From: Camelus ferus
Lineage: Eukaryota
Reading direction: 5' to 3'
Assembly (NCBI RefSeq): GCF_009834535.1
Contig: NC_045696.1
Coordinates: 120,592,001 to 120,656,000 of the forward strand
DNA: 64,000 bases
Of this stretch, positions 1 through 14,770 are shown in pieces. How positions within the stretch are numbered: position 1 is the first letter of the stretch; each line of letters starts with the position of its first letter. A program made the position numbers and the translations under genes. Under the pieces are notes generated by a model. The model was not told where the DNA came from and made no database searches. It saw only the letters and a list, made by a program, of their open reading frames with translations.

Positions 1-329
1 TCCTGACTCCTACAAAGCCTCCCAGCTGCCCCTGCCCACAGCCCTTCAGTCGGTCCCCAACATGGGAGCTGGAGCCACTCTGCTGACACCTACCTTGGTC
101 CACGTCTCTCATCTGCCCGAGCCCTCCAAAGGCTCCCATCTCACTGGGGCAGAAGTGCAAGTCCCCTGTGAGAGTCCACAGGGCCCCTCCTGCCTCCTTC
201 CTGCTCACACAGACCTCCCCGCTCCTCCCCCAAAGCACCAGACACCCTCCCGCCTAGAGCCTGGCCCAGAGGCTCCTCCCCAAGATCTCCACGTGGTGTT
301 TCCTCTAATGGGTCAGGTCTTTTCTTAAA

Positions 330-600
330 TGACATCTTCTCTGAGGCTTCTTTGGCCAATTTACTTCAGTTCTACCCTACCCACCAACTGCCTTCATTAT
401 CCCTCTTTTTCGCTGTATTTTTCTCAATAACACATTTATCACCTAGCACATCACGTGCTTTCCTGATGTATACACTGTTATTGTCTATCACTCCCACTGG
501 AAGGAGAGCCCAGAGCACGTGTTTCTGCCCCTTTCTCGCTGCTGTATCACTGGTCCCTAAGACAGCAGCTGTCACAGACGACACACTGAGTTAGTATCTG
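330..600. mobile_element. Old LINE-2 3' fragment
   Basis: Degraded L2-like phrases (cttaaatgacatcttctctgaggc...gctgtatcactggtccctaagacag); approximate limits. Confidence 0.5.
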
Positions 601-639
601 CTGGCGGACTGAACGGGTGGCAGGTGGGCGGGCGTGCTA

Positions 640-831
<192 letters not shown>

Positions 832-1199
832 TTACTTTCAGTTTACACATACAACCCTCCTGCCGCCCCCGCTGTGAGCGCTGACCACCTGCGTGAGAAC
901 CAACAGAACTAAAAAAGGTAGCAAGGGCTAGCCAACAAGGGCGGTCTACTGCCCAGGACAGATACTGTCATCTACGGAGGAAGACATGCAAGACAGCAAT
1001 TAAGAGTTGCTCAAACAGCCTGAGAAAGACAGCACCTGGGGCCTTTCTCTAGTGTCCTAAAAGGCACAAGGGTCACCTGCTACCCAAAAAAACCCTGCCT
1101 AGTGCTCAACAGCAGGAGGTAATGACTGTTGGGACCTAGAAATCAGGCACTGGGGAGGCAGCCTGGTCCTGAAAGTCTCCAAGACGCAGCCCCACCACA

Positions 1200-1350
1200 C
1201 CATCACATGTGACCCGGGGATACTTCTTTAAACTCTGAGTTTCAATTTCCTTAAGCATAAAATGAGGGGGGAATTACTCAACCCAAAGGATGACTGTATG
1301 GATAAATGAGATATAAAGGGTCTAACACGGTCCTGGGCCCACAGTAAACA
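1200..1350 (+). mobile_element. MIR fragment
   Basis: Core-like ctctgagtttcaatttccttaagcataaaatgagg...taaatgagata. Confidence 0.55.
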
Positions 1351-1599
1351 CCCAAATGTAGACTGCTTCCCTACCTGCAATCATTTACTCTGTGATACCA
1401 ACAGGCTGATATAAATAGTATTACAAATGATAGCTTCAGAAAGCCCAAAGACATTCTACTGCTTTCTTTATGACTTCTACACACCTCTGTTTATCTGTAT
1501 TCTTTTAGTGTATCACTAATTTCCTCTAATGAATTATGAATTCCTTGAAGCCAGAGACCATGTCTTACCCGTTCCAAACCACTCAGTTTTTAGCAGAAG

Positions 1600-1621
1600 T
1601 ATATATATATATATATATATA
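1600..1621. repeat. (TA)n microsatellite
   Basis: 11 perfect TA units. Confidence 0.95.
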
Positions 1622-1821
1622 AAACTATCTTCAATGTATTATGAACAAACTTTTATATTGTGCGTAACATTTAATAATAATTAATACTAACTTTTAAAAT
1701 AAAAAAAAACAGAAAGCTATGCTGAAGATCATACTATATTGGGAGTCAGCACTGTGCCTAATTAAGTCCTAATAAAGTCATATTAAAATCAACTTATTTG
1801 TTTTACCAAGAAACAAAAATG

Positions 1822-2433
1822 CCAGCAATCCTGCTTCTGAGTAATATATCCAGAGGGAATTTTAATTCGAAAAGATACATGCACCTCAATATTCGTAGCA
1901 TCACTATTTACAATAGCCAAGATATGGAAAACAACCTAAATGTCCACCAACAGATGGCTGGATAAAGAAGTTGTGGTATATTTATACAATGGAACACTAC
2001 TCAGCCATAAAAAAGAATAAAATGCAATTTGCAGCAACATGGATGGACCTGTAGATCATCATTCTAAGAGAAATAAGCCACAAAGAGAAAGAAAAATACC
2101 GTATCACTCATATGTGGAATCTACAAAAAAAAAAAAGGACACTATGAACTCATCTACAAAACAGAAACAGACTCGCAGACATAGTAAACAATCCTATGGT
2201 TACCATGGAAAGGGATAAATTTGGGAGTTTGAGATTTACAAATGTTAGCCACTATAGGTTTGAAAACAAGAAAGTTTCTTCTGTATAGCCCAGGGAATTA
2301 TGTTCAATATCTTGTAATAACTTTTCATGAATATAAAAATAAATGTATGTATGTATATGCATGACTGGGATATTGTGCTGTACACCAGAAACTGACATGT
2401 TGTAACTAATTGTACTTGCATTAAAAAAAAAAA
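1822..2433 (+). mobile_element. 5'-truncated relatively young L1 (ORF2 end + 3'UTR + A tail)
   Basis: ccagcaatcc...aaaagatacatgcacc...; strongly similar to the L1 3' end at ~57515-58145; A tail at 2423-2433; partial TSD caaaaatg on both sides. Confidence 0.9.
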
Positions 2434-3697
2434 TAGCAAAAATGAAACCAAGACTACTGTCAAACCTGGCATACTCTACAACAGAAAACTATGTTTCCCC
2501 TTGGATGTCTACCTCACATGTGTGGATGTGATTTGAAGGAGGATATGCTGGATTTGAGAATCATCGAAAACACTTTGCCATGAAGTCTAGGCAATCTAGC
2601 AGGCTAGGTTGAACATTTCCCTGTAGAGAAAATCACACAACCACTCAAGTGTGGAAAGAAAAAAAAAAACAAGTCCAACAGTCACTGCACATATCTCGAA
2701 CGACAAAATCTGACACCTTTTCTGGGATTGCTGTATAAAATGTATAGCTCCACTTAAGTACAAAATGCCACTTATAAAGATAGATTCTATCATAAAATAG
2801 ACAAGTTTGTGGTCAACTTTTTTTGTTTTTAAAGCAAGGCTGGTTAAATAATACTGAACTGTATCTCAGAAACAACTCAGGCATTGCAGGATATTTATTT
2901 TGATTAAAAAAATTTTATGTGACTAGAGATGCCACTTACCACTTACTAATATTTCTTAGATCTTTGAATCACTGACTACCACTTATTCCCCCACTTCACA
3001 ATGGAAGCCCGTGGGAATTCATGTGATTTTTCTCTCTCTAACACATAAGTACACTATGCATTTCTCAGCTTTCAAGTTAATTTTTCATTATTAAAATCTA
3101 TACAGAAACTCAATAAAAATGTTTTTTAAAATCTGCAAATCTAATATCAAAGACTAGCTTCCCCACATTACACTGTGCAAGTCTGTAAACACAGCTAGGC
3201 CACAATTTTCACCTAACTTCTCTCCAAGTTTCTTCTAAATCTCCCCAGAATACAGGAGTGTTTTCCCCCAAATCTAAATGCTGACGACTGCTGAGCGGTG
3301 GGGGTTATAGGTGATTTTGTTTTCTTTTCAGAAGCACCCATTATTTTCTAAGAGTTTTACCTTTTTTTAAAGAAAACGAATAGATAGTAAACCCTTCAAA
3401 AATGAAAAGCCGGAGTCTACTCAGGGAAGCCTGACATCCACCGAGAAAGTGACACAGCCAGGCAATAAAACCACCACCAGAAGGAGAGAAAACCGCAGGT
3501 GACTGGCCCGACAGACACAGCCAGAGCTACGGAGACCCAGACCCCACAAGCAATGACTGGACACGAATCACTCTTCCTCCGGCCCGGGGGAGTGAGCTCT
3601 GCTCCCACGCCCTGTACTGGGAGTCACCCACCACCGCTCCTGTCGACTCGGGCCCGGGAGCCTGGGCGAGCGCGGCCCCCAAGGACGGCACGTTTAC

Positions 3698-3908
3698 CGG
3701 GCGGTGGCGGTTTGCTCTCCCACTCTGCATTCTCCATCATCTGCTTGGCCATCCGCTCGGCACTGCACTGCTCCCGCTTCTGCTGCAGGAGCTGCTGAAG
3801 CTCGGTCTTGCACGTGGTCACCCGCACCTGGTAGGCAGACGGCACGACCGTGCTGCTCAAAACCTGTACCGCCGGCTTTCTGCTCTGCACGTTCGTCACT
3901 TCTGCAAC
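3698..3908 (-). CDS. PIK3R4: PIK3R4 coding exon 12
   Basis: ttctgcag|GTT acceptor, CCG|gtaaac donor; 211 nt; [70 protein letters not shown](G). Confidence 0.96.
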
Positions 3909-4037
3909 CTGCAGAACAAAACCAATTACAGGTATTTATGTCATAAGTAAAGTACATTTGATGATAAAAAAGTGCTATGTTCTCTCTATTCACTATACCA
4001 GCTTTTTGTCCTTTTTAGTGCACCAACTTTTAAATGC

Positions 4038-4128
4038 TTTTTTTTTTGTTAACAGAGGTACTGGGGCTTGAGCCCAGAACCTCGTGCATGTTAAGCAGGT
4101 GCTCTACCACTGAGCTATACCCTCCCCT
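4038..4128 (-). mobile_element. Vic-1-type tRNA-Ala-derived SINE (short form)
   Basis: Reverse strand GGGGAGGGTATAGCTCAGTGGTAGAGCACCTGCTTAACATGCACGAGGTTCTGGGCTCAAGCCCCAGTACCTC followed by A tail. Confidence 0.85.
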
Positions 4129-4739
4129 AAATCTATTTAAAGACAATGACGTTTTTTCCACAAAAACCTAGTTAAAATGAAGTTTAACCACAACATTTCC
4201 AAACCCCTACATTAAAAACAGATGATCAGTGCAGCAATAACATTAAATAAAAAGCCTCATTAATTTAAGTGAAGAGAAAAAAGAGAATTTTAATTTATCA
4301 GTTGGCTGAATTAATATTTTTCACTTAAAGTATTACTGGCTAGGGAAGAGTCACCTTAAATTATAAACTTACTTCAAGTAAATCAAAATCACTGCATTTC
4401 TCACACACAGCAAACTTGGGACTTTTTCCCCAGAAGCATTTTTGCTATTTTACAGATCTAACGATATTATATTAGAGTAAGAATAAGAGAAGATTTTAAG
4501 GGTTCACTGCAGCCCAACAGAAGCACAGCTCACGATGTCTTCACCCACAGACCACTCTACTGCTGAGTTCTCTACGACGAGATCTTTTTGGTGCTTTCAA
4601 TACTAGATTTCCCCTTGGCTCTAAAGTTAAAGATAAGCCTGTCTTAGAGACATGTCCTTCCTACAGGACAAGCCACTATGCTGACTTTCCATACAGCACA
4701 CAGCCCTTAAAGACCCCAACAGTAGGCTGGGACTCACTA

Positions 4740-5033
<294 letters not shown>

Positions 5034-6657
5034 CTACATGCTATTTGCTCTTTCAACAGCCAACTTATTTACATTTACTTGTACACTTGTCAGCTCTCAT
5101 TTCATCTCTGGACAGATGGACAGATGCACTTTCAGTAGTGTTAATAATTAGACCTAACTGCTTCCTCGTTTCCCAAGGTTAGCTCAGTTTCAAGTAACCA
5201 CTTTTACATGAAGAACTAACAACAAAAACAACTTTTTCAAATGTCACTGACCACACTACTAAATATGACCTCTCTATTTCCAGTATCAGTTACATGGGGA
5301 AAAAATTAAGAAAAAATAAAAAATCAATTGCAATACAGCTGCATCCTGACTACAGGCAGACGAGAAACCCCCCCCTATTTTTTAAACTTTGTCCAATTAC
5401 AAAAAATACATTAAGTAGCACAAAGTTCTGGCATTACCAATATGTAACACGAATTGTCCCTTTAACTCTGTAAGCCTCATAAACTATGTAGTTTAATAAT
5501 ACACTACCATATTATTTTGCAAAAATAAAATAACACATACTGCTTCACAACTTGCTTTTTCTCCTACTTAACTAAATATACTGAACATTGATTTAAATCA
5601 TTCCCGTGTTAATGGACATTTCAATTATTTCCTTTTATTCTGAGAGCATTCTTACATGTTTCTTCAAGTCTGTCAGTGCTTCTGTGAGAAACTTCCAGAA
5701 CTGAAAATGGTGAGTCAAACAGTAAGAGTATTGTGCAACTCACAATCTCACTGACAGTGAACGAAAGCGCCGACCTCCCCACACGCTTGCTAACACCATT
5801 GTCATCAGTCTTTGCTAATCACACAGGCAGAAAATGCCATCTCACTGTTTTCATTTGCATTTATTTTGTTGTCTACCTTTCAAACATACGCATTTCTGTT
5901 CTCCTATTGGCTCTATGTTCAAATCCACTATTTTTCCTCTGGGTGCTTGCGTTTTTCTTATTAATTTGTATGAATGCTTTACATTTTATGGCTGTAAACC
6001 ATTAATAATTAAGTTGCAAATACTTTATTCCAAGTTTGGCAGTTAGAGGTTTTTTAAAATATAATTCATCAGCTGCCCTCAAAATCTGACACTGGATTAG
6101 AAACATTTCCAAAAGGCATTTAAGTGAGTATATCTCCAAAAAGGGTTCAAGGAAGAATGCTTGAGATCTTAAAAACCTCATATGATCAATGTCACTGTCA
6201 TTGCCACAAGAGCTGACAGTTGTAAATCTGAAACCTGCACCGTTAAGGCTTCTCTGGTGGCTACTCTTTTGTAAGACTTTTCAATTCGCTGGGCGTTACC
6301 TACTAGAAACAGGCTAGAAAATTTTATGTAATCTTATATATAGACTATTCTCCTTGCTTTGGTGTTTAAAGGATTAAAAAACAGAATTTCACCTTCATTC
6401 ACATACTTCCACAGGGGCAACATAATTTTAAGAGCAGAGCTCTGGTTTGAATTCTGATTCTGACACATACAGAGCAATGAATGTGGAAGGTTACCTAATG
6501 TCTTAACTGTCACTTCATGCCTCCACTCTTCTTCCCCGAAATCTTCCTGCTACACAACGCACTCGCTCACTCACTGTACATGAAAGCTCTGTATCTGGAA
6601 ATGTGACTTTTTAGTTTTACTACTAGTTAGCTAAAACTAACCTCGTGAAGTAACTTA

Positions 6658-6897
<240 letters not shown>

Positions 6898-7429
6898 CTA
6901 AAACCAAATAAAGCCGTATGTTCTACGTTACTTTCACAAGTGGTAACAGGCCTCAGAATGACTAACAATTGAAGGGTCAAACCACTCGATTTAAAATTTC
7001 AGAGTAAGAATGGTGAAATGAAGCAAGCAAAAGCAAGAGATAAAGATATTATCAACACACAACGAAATCTCACTAACTGATCTCTCCAGCCACTTTCTAC
7101 TTCGTATCATGATTTATGCCAAAATTCAAGTAGAATTCAGCTTTGAAATCTCCAAAAAACTTTAATACAGTGCCTGGTAACAAAGAGATCTTTAATACAT
7201 AACTGAATAAACAAACATTTGGTATCTTCATAAAAATTCTGAAAATATGATATTAAGCAAAAGAAAGTGCACCTACGTCACCCTTGTTGCTAGCTATGTG
7301 GAGGACATGAAGTGGGGCCCTGTATGTGAAGCCACTCTGATATACAGAGCGCTCTGCACACCTCAGGAAGCGACATGCTGGCCAGCTGAGCTGCTAGTGT
7401 CAGCAACACACCCACCCACATCCCAGGAC

Positions 7430-7640
7430 AGCAGTGTGTCTGGAGTCAGACTGCCTCTGTTCAAATGCCAGCTCCATTACTTACACTATCTGTATGACCA
7501 CGGGCAGGTTATCCACTTCCTCTGTATCTCTATCTACAAAATGTGGATAATTACTAGTACCCATCATAAAAGGTTATTATAAAATGATAATAAATTCATC
7601 CACCTAAGACACTAAGAACACTTTAAACTATCTGACAGCT
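7430..7640 (+). mobile_element. MIR
   Basis: ggagtcagactgcctctgttcaaatgccagctcc...tgaccacgggcaggttatccacttcctctgt...ctacaaaatgtggataat. Confidence 0.7.
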
Positions 7641-8129
7641 AATGAATATTATTTAATTTAAATAATTGATGTGCAACTTAAATATTCTGGTACATGAGTA
7701 AGTTCTCCATTTTCTTCTTAACTTTCCAACCATCCACAGAACCCTCTAAAATGTTTTTATTATGTAAATGAAAAAGTAATAAAATAATTCCCCTAAAGCC
7801 TCAATCTAAAATTCCAGCGGACTTTAAGGTAATATTCACAGTCTGCTGGCACAAGAGGACACAAACCCTAGAAAGTCAGAAAACTAAGAAGTGATGAAAT
7901 AAAATAACATTAAAGTACATTAATTATTGAGAGATCCTGGACCGAATTTTTTCCAATAACCGGAATTCTTCATTTATTTTCACCTCTCCTCTTAAAATCT
8001 TACAGCCATGGTAAGAGGTCTGTTCTTTCTGTGAATCTACGTTTCAGTTGGTAAGACAGAGGGCTCAGCTCTCGTCCACACGAGGCAAGGCCATCGTAAG
8101 GCTGTACAGAAGACTGAAGAAGAGCCACA

Positions 8130-10170
8130 CCCCACTCCACGGGGGAACCTTCAACATACTGCACTAAGCAGCCAGACACAAAGGCCACGTACTGTAAGAT
8201 CCCGTTTACGTGAAATACACAGAACAGGCAAGTTTGTGGAGACAAAAAGTAGATTCAGCAGTTGCCACAGCAGAAGCCAACAGGGAATGCCTGCTAATCG
8301 ACACGGCTTTCTTTCCGGGCTGATGAAAATGTTCTGAAACTAGACAGTGGTGATGGTTTCACAACTCTGTGAATGTACTAAAAAAAAAAAACACTGAATT
8401 GTACACTTTGAAAGAGTGAATTTTACTGTATGTGAATTTTATCTCAATAAAAAATGTCAGACGTGCACCATCAAAAAAAAGAAAAAACCCGACAAGGACA
8501 TTACAAGAAAGGAAAACTGAAGGACAACTCACTTGTGGAAATGGAAAAATTTCAAAAAAAAAAGGAAAAAGAAAAAGCAATCCAAATCCAGTCTGTATAA
8601 AAATGTACTTTGCACAATACTTATGTTCACATTATTTATGTATTATACATTTATAGTATTTGTGTGTTTTACAATAAAAATGTATTTAAACATAAATACA
8701 ATATGATACAGTTGTTTCACAAAAAAATCTAGGTATAAAAGGTTGATGACATGGGAAGATCAGTGTAGCTAGCTACATTAACAGAATATTAAAAAAAACC
8801 ATATGATAAAGACATCTGATACATCTTAATATTCTTCCATAATAAGCCTCAGCAAGCCAGATATGGGTGGGAATTTCTTTAATCTAATAAAAAGTGTACC
8901 GAAAAAGTGTTAGCAGACACCAAACAGTATAATGCTGAGTTTTCCCAACGAGATGAGAAACGAAAAGAATGCCCACTATCACAAATTCCATTTACACTAC
9001 ACTGAAGACCCTGGTCATTTAAATAAGGCAAGGAAACAAAAGTATTCACTGGGAAAAAGTGAATAATACTGCTACTACTGTTCACACACAACAGAATTAT
9101 GAATGTGCAAACTCAGAAGAAGCATCCAAGCCAAGAGATTAGAACTGGTCAGTCAGTCAGACGAGGTTGCTGGATTCAGGATCAATATAAAAATTTTTTC
9201 TATACACCAGCTACAAAAACTTTTTTTTAATATACCAATTATAATAGCATTAAAAGCCAATTACCCCAAATATGTATAACAATTAAAGATATATAAAACT
9301 CTACAAAGTAAACCATAAAACATTACTGTGATAACTTAAAGATCCAACTAAACGTAGACACGCACCGTGTTCATCGACTGACGTCTCACTGGCAAGACTT
9401 TGATTCTCTCCTACAGGTTCCAATGTAATCTCAATCACATACCAACAAAAAAAAATTTTTTTTAATAAAGTGACAAGATGATTAGGAAACATCATTTGGA
9501 AAATGTAAGTGGAAATGCAAAGGACCAAGACAACCTTGAAAAGCCAGCGGGGAGATTGTGCTCTAATCAGAGGTCAAGTCCACAAGCATGCCCCAACACT
9601 GCTTCCAGCCGTGATGTCCAGGAGGGACAAGATTTACTCTCCCATGTTAAACAACTTTAAACTGGACAGAAACTATGAAATGCCACTTTTCAAGCACTAG
9701 AAAACGGGAAGCACAGGCTGCGGCCCCCAGGACAGAGGAGAGTCCTAGGACTGCCCCCTCTCACTCTCTGGGGAGTTTCCAGTCCATGCACGAGGAGGGG
9801 GAACGCAAACCCAGTTCAGCAGAGCCACGTTCAAGGAGCACGAAGGCTGAGCATGTGGGGCACAGAACTGGGGCAGGGGTCTGGCCCACGGCCAGGGCTA
9901 CGGCACAGTCTCCTCAAGTCTGCGGCTGAGTACTGACACCGGGAGCGCGAGGCCAGGAAGAGCAACCAGAAAGCAGGAAGCCCCGGAGCTCACCTGGGCT
10001 GGGGTCACACACACTCCAAGCAACCAGAGCATCATGGACCCCAACATTCTGGAGTCAACCTGAGCCGGCCACTGACCAAAGGCTGCTCTGGGCCTGTCCT
10101 AACAAAGCTTAAAACAAGGTTCAAGAGGAGCCAATTGATCCCCAGTAACTTAAACTGCACCACAGAGCAG
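8130..10170 (+). mobile_element. Mosaic of ancient L1 fragments (L1M-type 3'UTR, ORF2 pieces, 5'UTR-like piece)
   Basis: gatgaaaatgttctgaaactagacagtggtgatggtttcacaactctgtgaat (3'UTR); decayed ORF2-like phrases 8700-9600; ctaacaaagcttaaaacaagg 5'-end-like segment; limits approximate. Confidence 0.6.
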
Positions 10171-10189
10171 ACCTAACACAACATAGTCA

Positions 10190-10350
10190 TCACATGGAAT
10201 CCGCAGGGATCAGGTCCAGGACCCCCATGGACACTCAAGTCCTTTAGATAAACTAGCGGCTTAGTATTTGCATCTAACCCACACACAACCTCCTGTATAC
10301 TTTAGATCAGCTCTTGATACAATGTAAATACTACGTAAATAGTTGCCAGC
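10190..10350. mobile_element. MER2-like Tigger DNA transposon fragment
   Basis: atccgcagggatcaggtccaggacccccatgg...ctcaagtcctt...gtatttgcatctaacccacacacaacctcctgtatacttt. Confidence 0.65.
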
Positions 10351-11683
10351 ATGGCAGTGGGAAAACCAACACCAGCAGCAAGTCAAAAACATTTACTAGG
10401 AGCTACGGCCGCCTCGCAGAGAACTAATGACTCACGATGAAAAGCTTTCGAGCTCATACACAAAACCTGCAGGACGGGGAGAAATCCAAAGAATCACACC
10501 ACCCAAGCTTGAAGGTATGTCTGAGTCGGGGTGGTTTTTATTGCAGGGAGAAATCCTTTTGATAAGGATTACTTACTCAGGAGAAACAACTGAAAAATGT
10601 GATTTGATATCCAAGTTTCCATAAATTGCTTTCTAAAATACAAAATACACCTAACGTACAAGCCGAGGTTAAAAGAAAACTCAAAAGGCTGGCAATTCAA
10701 GTCACATCAAACTGAAGTCCTCTGAAATAGAGGAAAGAGAAACACTGGCCTGGAAGGCACACTCAGAGGCAGCTCTAGCCTCCAGGCAAATTCAGACCCA
10801 GAAGAGCCGCAATGGTTACGGACCAGCCTCCTGGAGAAGCCTATTCCAACATTCCGTCACCCGAGCCAGCAGGTGGGCATCAAACAGCAACGGACAGTTA
10901 GGGATGAGCACAATGCGTGAGAGGCTTTACATCCCAAGCTGGACTGTTTTTCCCATCTTCTTTTCTCATTAGACAGGACAACGACTGACAGGTATCCTCC
11001 TAACCAAAACGTCCTGCAGACTTAAAGACAGTCATTAACATCGTCTCTCAGTATCTGCTGTGTGGCTCGTGGAGATTTACTCAGAAATCAGATTCTTTAT
11101 TTCTAACCATTTTTATTCCTACCTTGACTTCTCCGGGATCCACATATCCCTCTTAAAACACGATGCCAAATCTATACGTAATATTTCTAAAGAGGCCTTA
11201 ATGTTTCTGAAGAGACCAAGTAAAATAAAAAGATTAATTTCTAATTCTAACAAAATTTGCTAAACAATCTGAATTCATAGACCTGTAAGACACAGTAGTA
11301 AAATCTGGATTGAGATAAACCAGGATTTTCCTCTATTGCATTTGAACTTTGTATTGTTCCTTCCAATTGAATTTCATTGTTTTTCATGAAATATGGAACT
11401 GAGCCAAGAATATCACCTACATCTAGGGTTATACCCCCTCTTTCCCTCATTTATACAGCCAGTCATCACAAAAAACTTACCAGGTCTCCCAAGATTCCTT
11501 ATTTAGCTCAACCCAATTCCTTACCATCATCACAGTATGTCCTAGATACCAAAGCAAATGCATATAGTATCTGCCAGATTTATTTACTGGTTTGTTATAA
11601 TACAATGTCATTTAAAATATTTTTAAGAGCTAGATAGAAGCCTCAATGTTTTCATAAAAGTTTCATTTAAAGGTAAGATTTCA

Positions 11684-11902
<219 letters not shown>

Positions 11903-13782
11903 CTATATTAGAAAAATAAAAAAGAATCAGCCAAAGATACAATGTAGAGTACAGTTATTTCCAAATTCAACAAATATAAACTGCGTAAAGTTAACATAGG
12001 TATTTATTTTCTAAGAAAACGGGAGATACCAACATCTGCAATTTCTGCTTAGAAGAAAAAAGAATGCTAGCGCCCTTTAAAGAGCAAACATATTCCTTCT
12101 GTTCACTGTTAGCATCTGAGCACACAACTGTGTCTGTCACACCAGAAGCTAACAAACACCCAGGTTAGAAAAGTTCAGATCGCGAGTTTTCTAGACCCCA
12201 AAATGTCAGACGACTTCCTAGATCTAAGAAGTCCCTGCAGTCCACAGGCCTAACGGCCAAAGGGCACTGGTCCAGGGGAGCCGCTCAGCAGCTACCGGCC
12301 TCGTGCAGCCAGGCCTCCCAGCAGCTCCAGCTGCTTCTGAAAAACATTACTCTCTCCAGAGAGTTCATATTCCTTCCTTTTCCAATCCCCATGGGTACTC
12401 TCCTTGCCAGCACATATACAATAAAAAAGGATGAGCACTACGAATGGTAGCCAAGAGGGCTTTCTGTAGATCTCCTCAACCACCTGGTGAGCTGGCCCAT
12501 AGAAACCTGCATTAAAAGGGTATCTTTCGTCTAATCCCAACTGTAGACAGGTAAGAATTACAAAATATAAAGATAACTGGTCTCTCAACTCCTGAGCCTG
12601 GTCTTTCAAAATATAAACCAATGAGAAATGCAAAAAGTAGTAATAACTTCTGAGAAAACAAAGAGAACGGTGCAGATTTCTCACAAACCACTTTCACGTC
12701 GCATTCCTTAGTAAACCACAACTAAACAGTATCACAAATACATGCAATTTTAAAATCCCAGAAACACCTTCTCCATATTATTAGAGTTTAGAAACCAAAC
12801 TTCTAAACAGAGTAAGTAGTCAAAAACAGTAAGTCTCTAAACATGATTTCCAAGGAAGCTTTAATAGTGTCAGGGGGGGGTATTTTCTAGTAATATTATC
12901 CATCTTTCATGTACACACAAATTGTTCCTAGGATAAAAATTTATAAATTTACAAACTGTATGAAACAAAGAATGATGATCCCCTAAAATGAACTAATCTA
13001 TTATGAAAAGTAAGGACTGAAGGCCTGACCAAACCCACTCATTTCCAGAGGACATCCAAGGCCATTTTCTCCAACCACAGGGAAGGCACATCGGGCTAAA
13101 AAAGCAGGAGAAAGCCAGAGAGGAATGGGAATTTGCAGAAGAAAAAGAGTTTTAGTAAAAATGGGACATTTCAGGATGTCCTAACAGCCAGAATCAACTC
13201 TTAACAGCCCATTCAACCTAAGTGTCGACTCTGACAGCTGGCTGTCCCGCAACGTGAAGGGGGTGAACAGTGACAGGCCCGGTCCACGAGTGCCCTGTAT
13301 AAAGCAGACACCAGAGTCCACCACTGAGTGCTAGTCTTCTGGGGGGGGTTGGGGGGTACTCATTAGATTAAAAAGGAAAGAAACCAGAACCACTTAGTGT
13401 GCAGAAATCACATTTTGGAAAACGCCTTTTTCTACTTTATTATAAACGCTGACTCGGACTGAGGTCAGTTACACTTCTACAGGAGAAGCCCTCGGAGGTC
13501 CATCAACACACACTTCTGCTGTACTTCCCTTCAGCGGCAGGTGCTCGCCAGCACTGCACGTAAGAAAACAAGGGACGAACTACTGAGGGCTGTGTTACTA
13601 CAAGGCTGTGTGACAGAACAGTCTCCTGAACTTCCCTCACCCTCCAGAGTATCTGTCCCGTTAACATTAACTGCTTGAAAGGAAGGTGGAAATGCAGTAC
13701 CCCAGTTTAAATCTTTAAAAATTTAAATAAAAAGAGGACTCTCTAAACCTCCCATTAAGGGGCACGGTTGGCACGTGCTTAC

Positions 13783-13928
13783 CTGTATTATGGGCTGAGT
13801 GATGTATGGTTCAAGGTAAGGCATCAGCTTGCAGTAGACATCCGCTGTGCTGATCTGGTGAGCGACCACCGTGATGAACCCCACAGCACCGTACCGGATC
13901 CACAGGTTGGGATGACACAGAAAGGGGG
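13783..13928 (-). CDS. PIK3R4: PIK3R4 coding exon 8 (HEAT region)
   Basis: cctgtttag|CCCCC acceptor, CAG|gtaagc donor; 146 nt; (A)[48 protein letters not shown]. Confidence 0.95.
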
Positions 13929-14770
13929 CTAAACAGGCAAAAAGGTATGGATGAAACCATGTTCATCAACAGTTTCAAACTATCAAGATAAACAAATTTT
14001 CACCTTATAACACAACTGATAAAGGGACTACACCAAATTTCACTGTCAGGTTGCCTTTTATACGCAATTATCCTGAGATATACACTGAACCAAGTGAACA
14101 TACTGATGTAACTATCATAAGTATCAGCAATCCCATGAGAGGAAAAACAGCTCCCTCTTTTCTCAGGATTTAAATTGTCATATTTTAGTTAGGGCTGAAG
14201 ATGAGCAGGCATAACCTCATTTACTTATAAGCCTGGGTTAAAAACTGTCAGACAAAGACATCAAAAGCCCCAGCAGTATACAGCAAACCACTACTCCCCC
14301 ACCTAATACCCCACAGAAGTCCAAAGATGCACCCGCCATCTTCCTCATAAAGAGCAAGGAAACCGGGAAGTTCTTTCTTCTCCAAGCCGTAGCTTGGATT
14401 AAGGGAATGATCTCACCTCTTTTACATCCTTTTTAATGCAAAGGTTGGATCATGTCAAATACAATACTTATAAATTCATATACAAGGTGTTATAAATGGG
14501 AACTAAAAGACAGAAAACATATGATGCCTGTTGTGTAAGATTAACTCAGAAAATTAAATCTTTCACAGCTTTTATTTTAACTATTTCCTATATTACATTA
14601 ATTTCAACTAATCAAAAAATTTAGAATAAAATTCAAACATCTAAAGTAACCTGATTTAGAATAAAATTTAAACTTCTAAAACACAAAAAACTGTATTAGT
14701 TCTGAGCATGCAAAAACATCCACATTTAGAGAACATTAATTTTATAAGAAACGGCAAACAGAGAAATAAG

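Noticed and set aside
12292..12684. 130-aa intronic ORF on the gene strand
   Set aside because: Non-ATG start, low-complexity hydrophobic composition and no recognisable homology; exons 8 and 9 join in frame without it.
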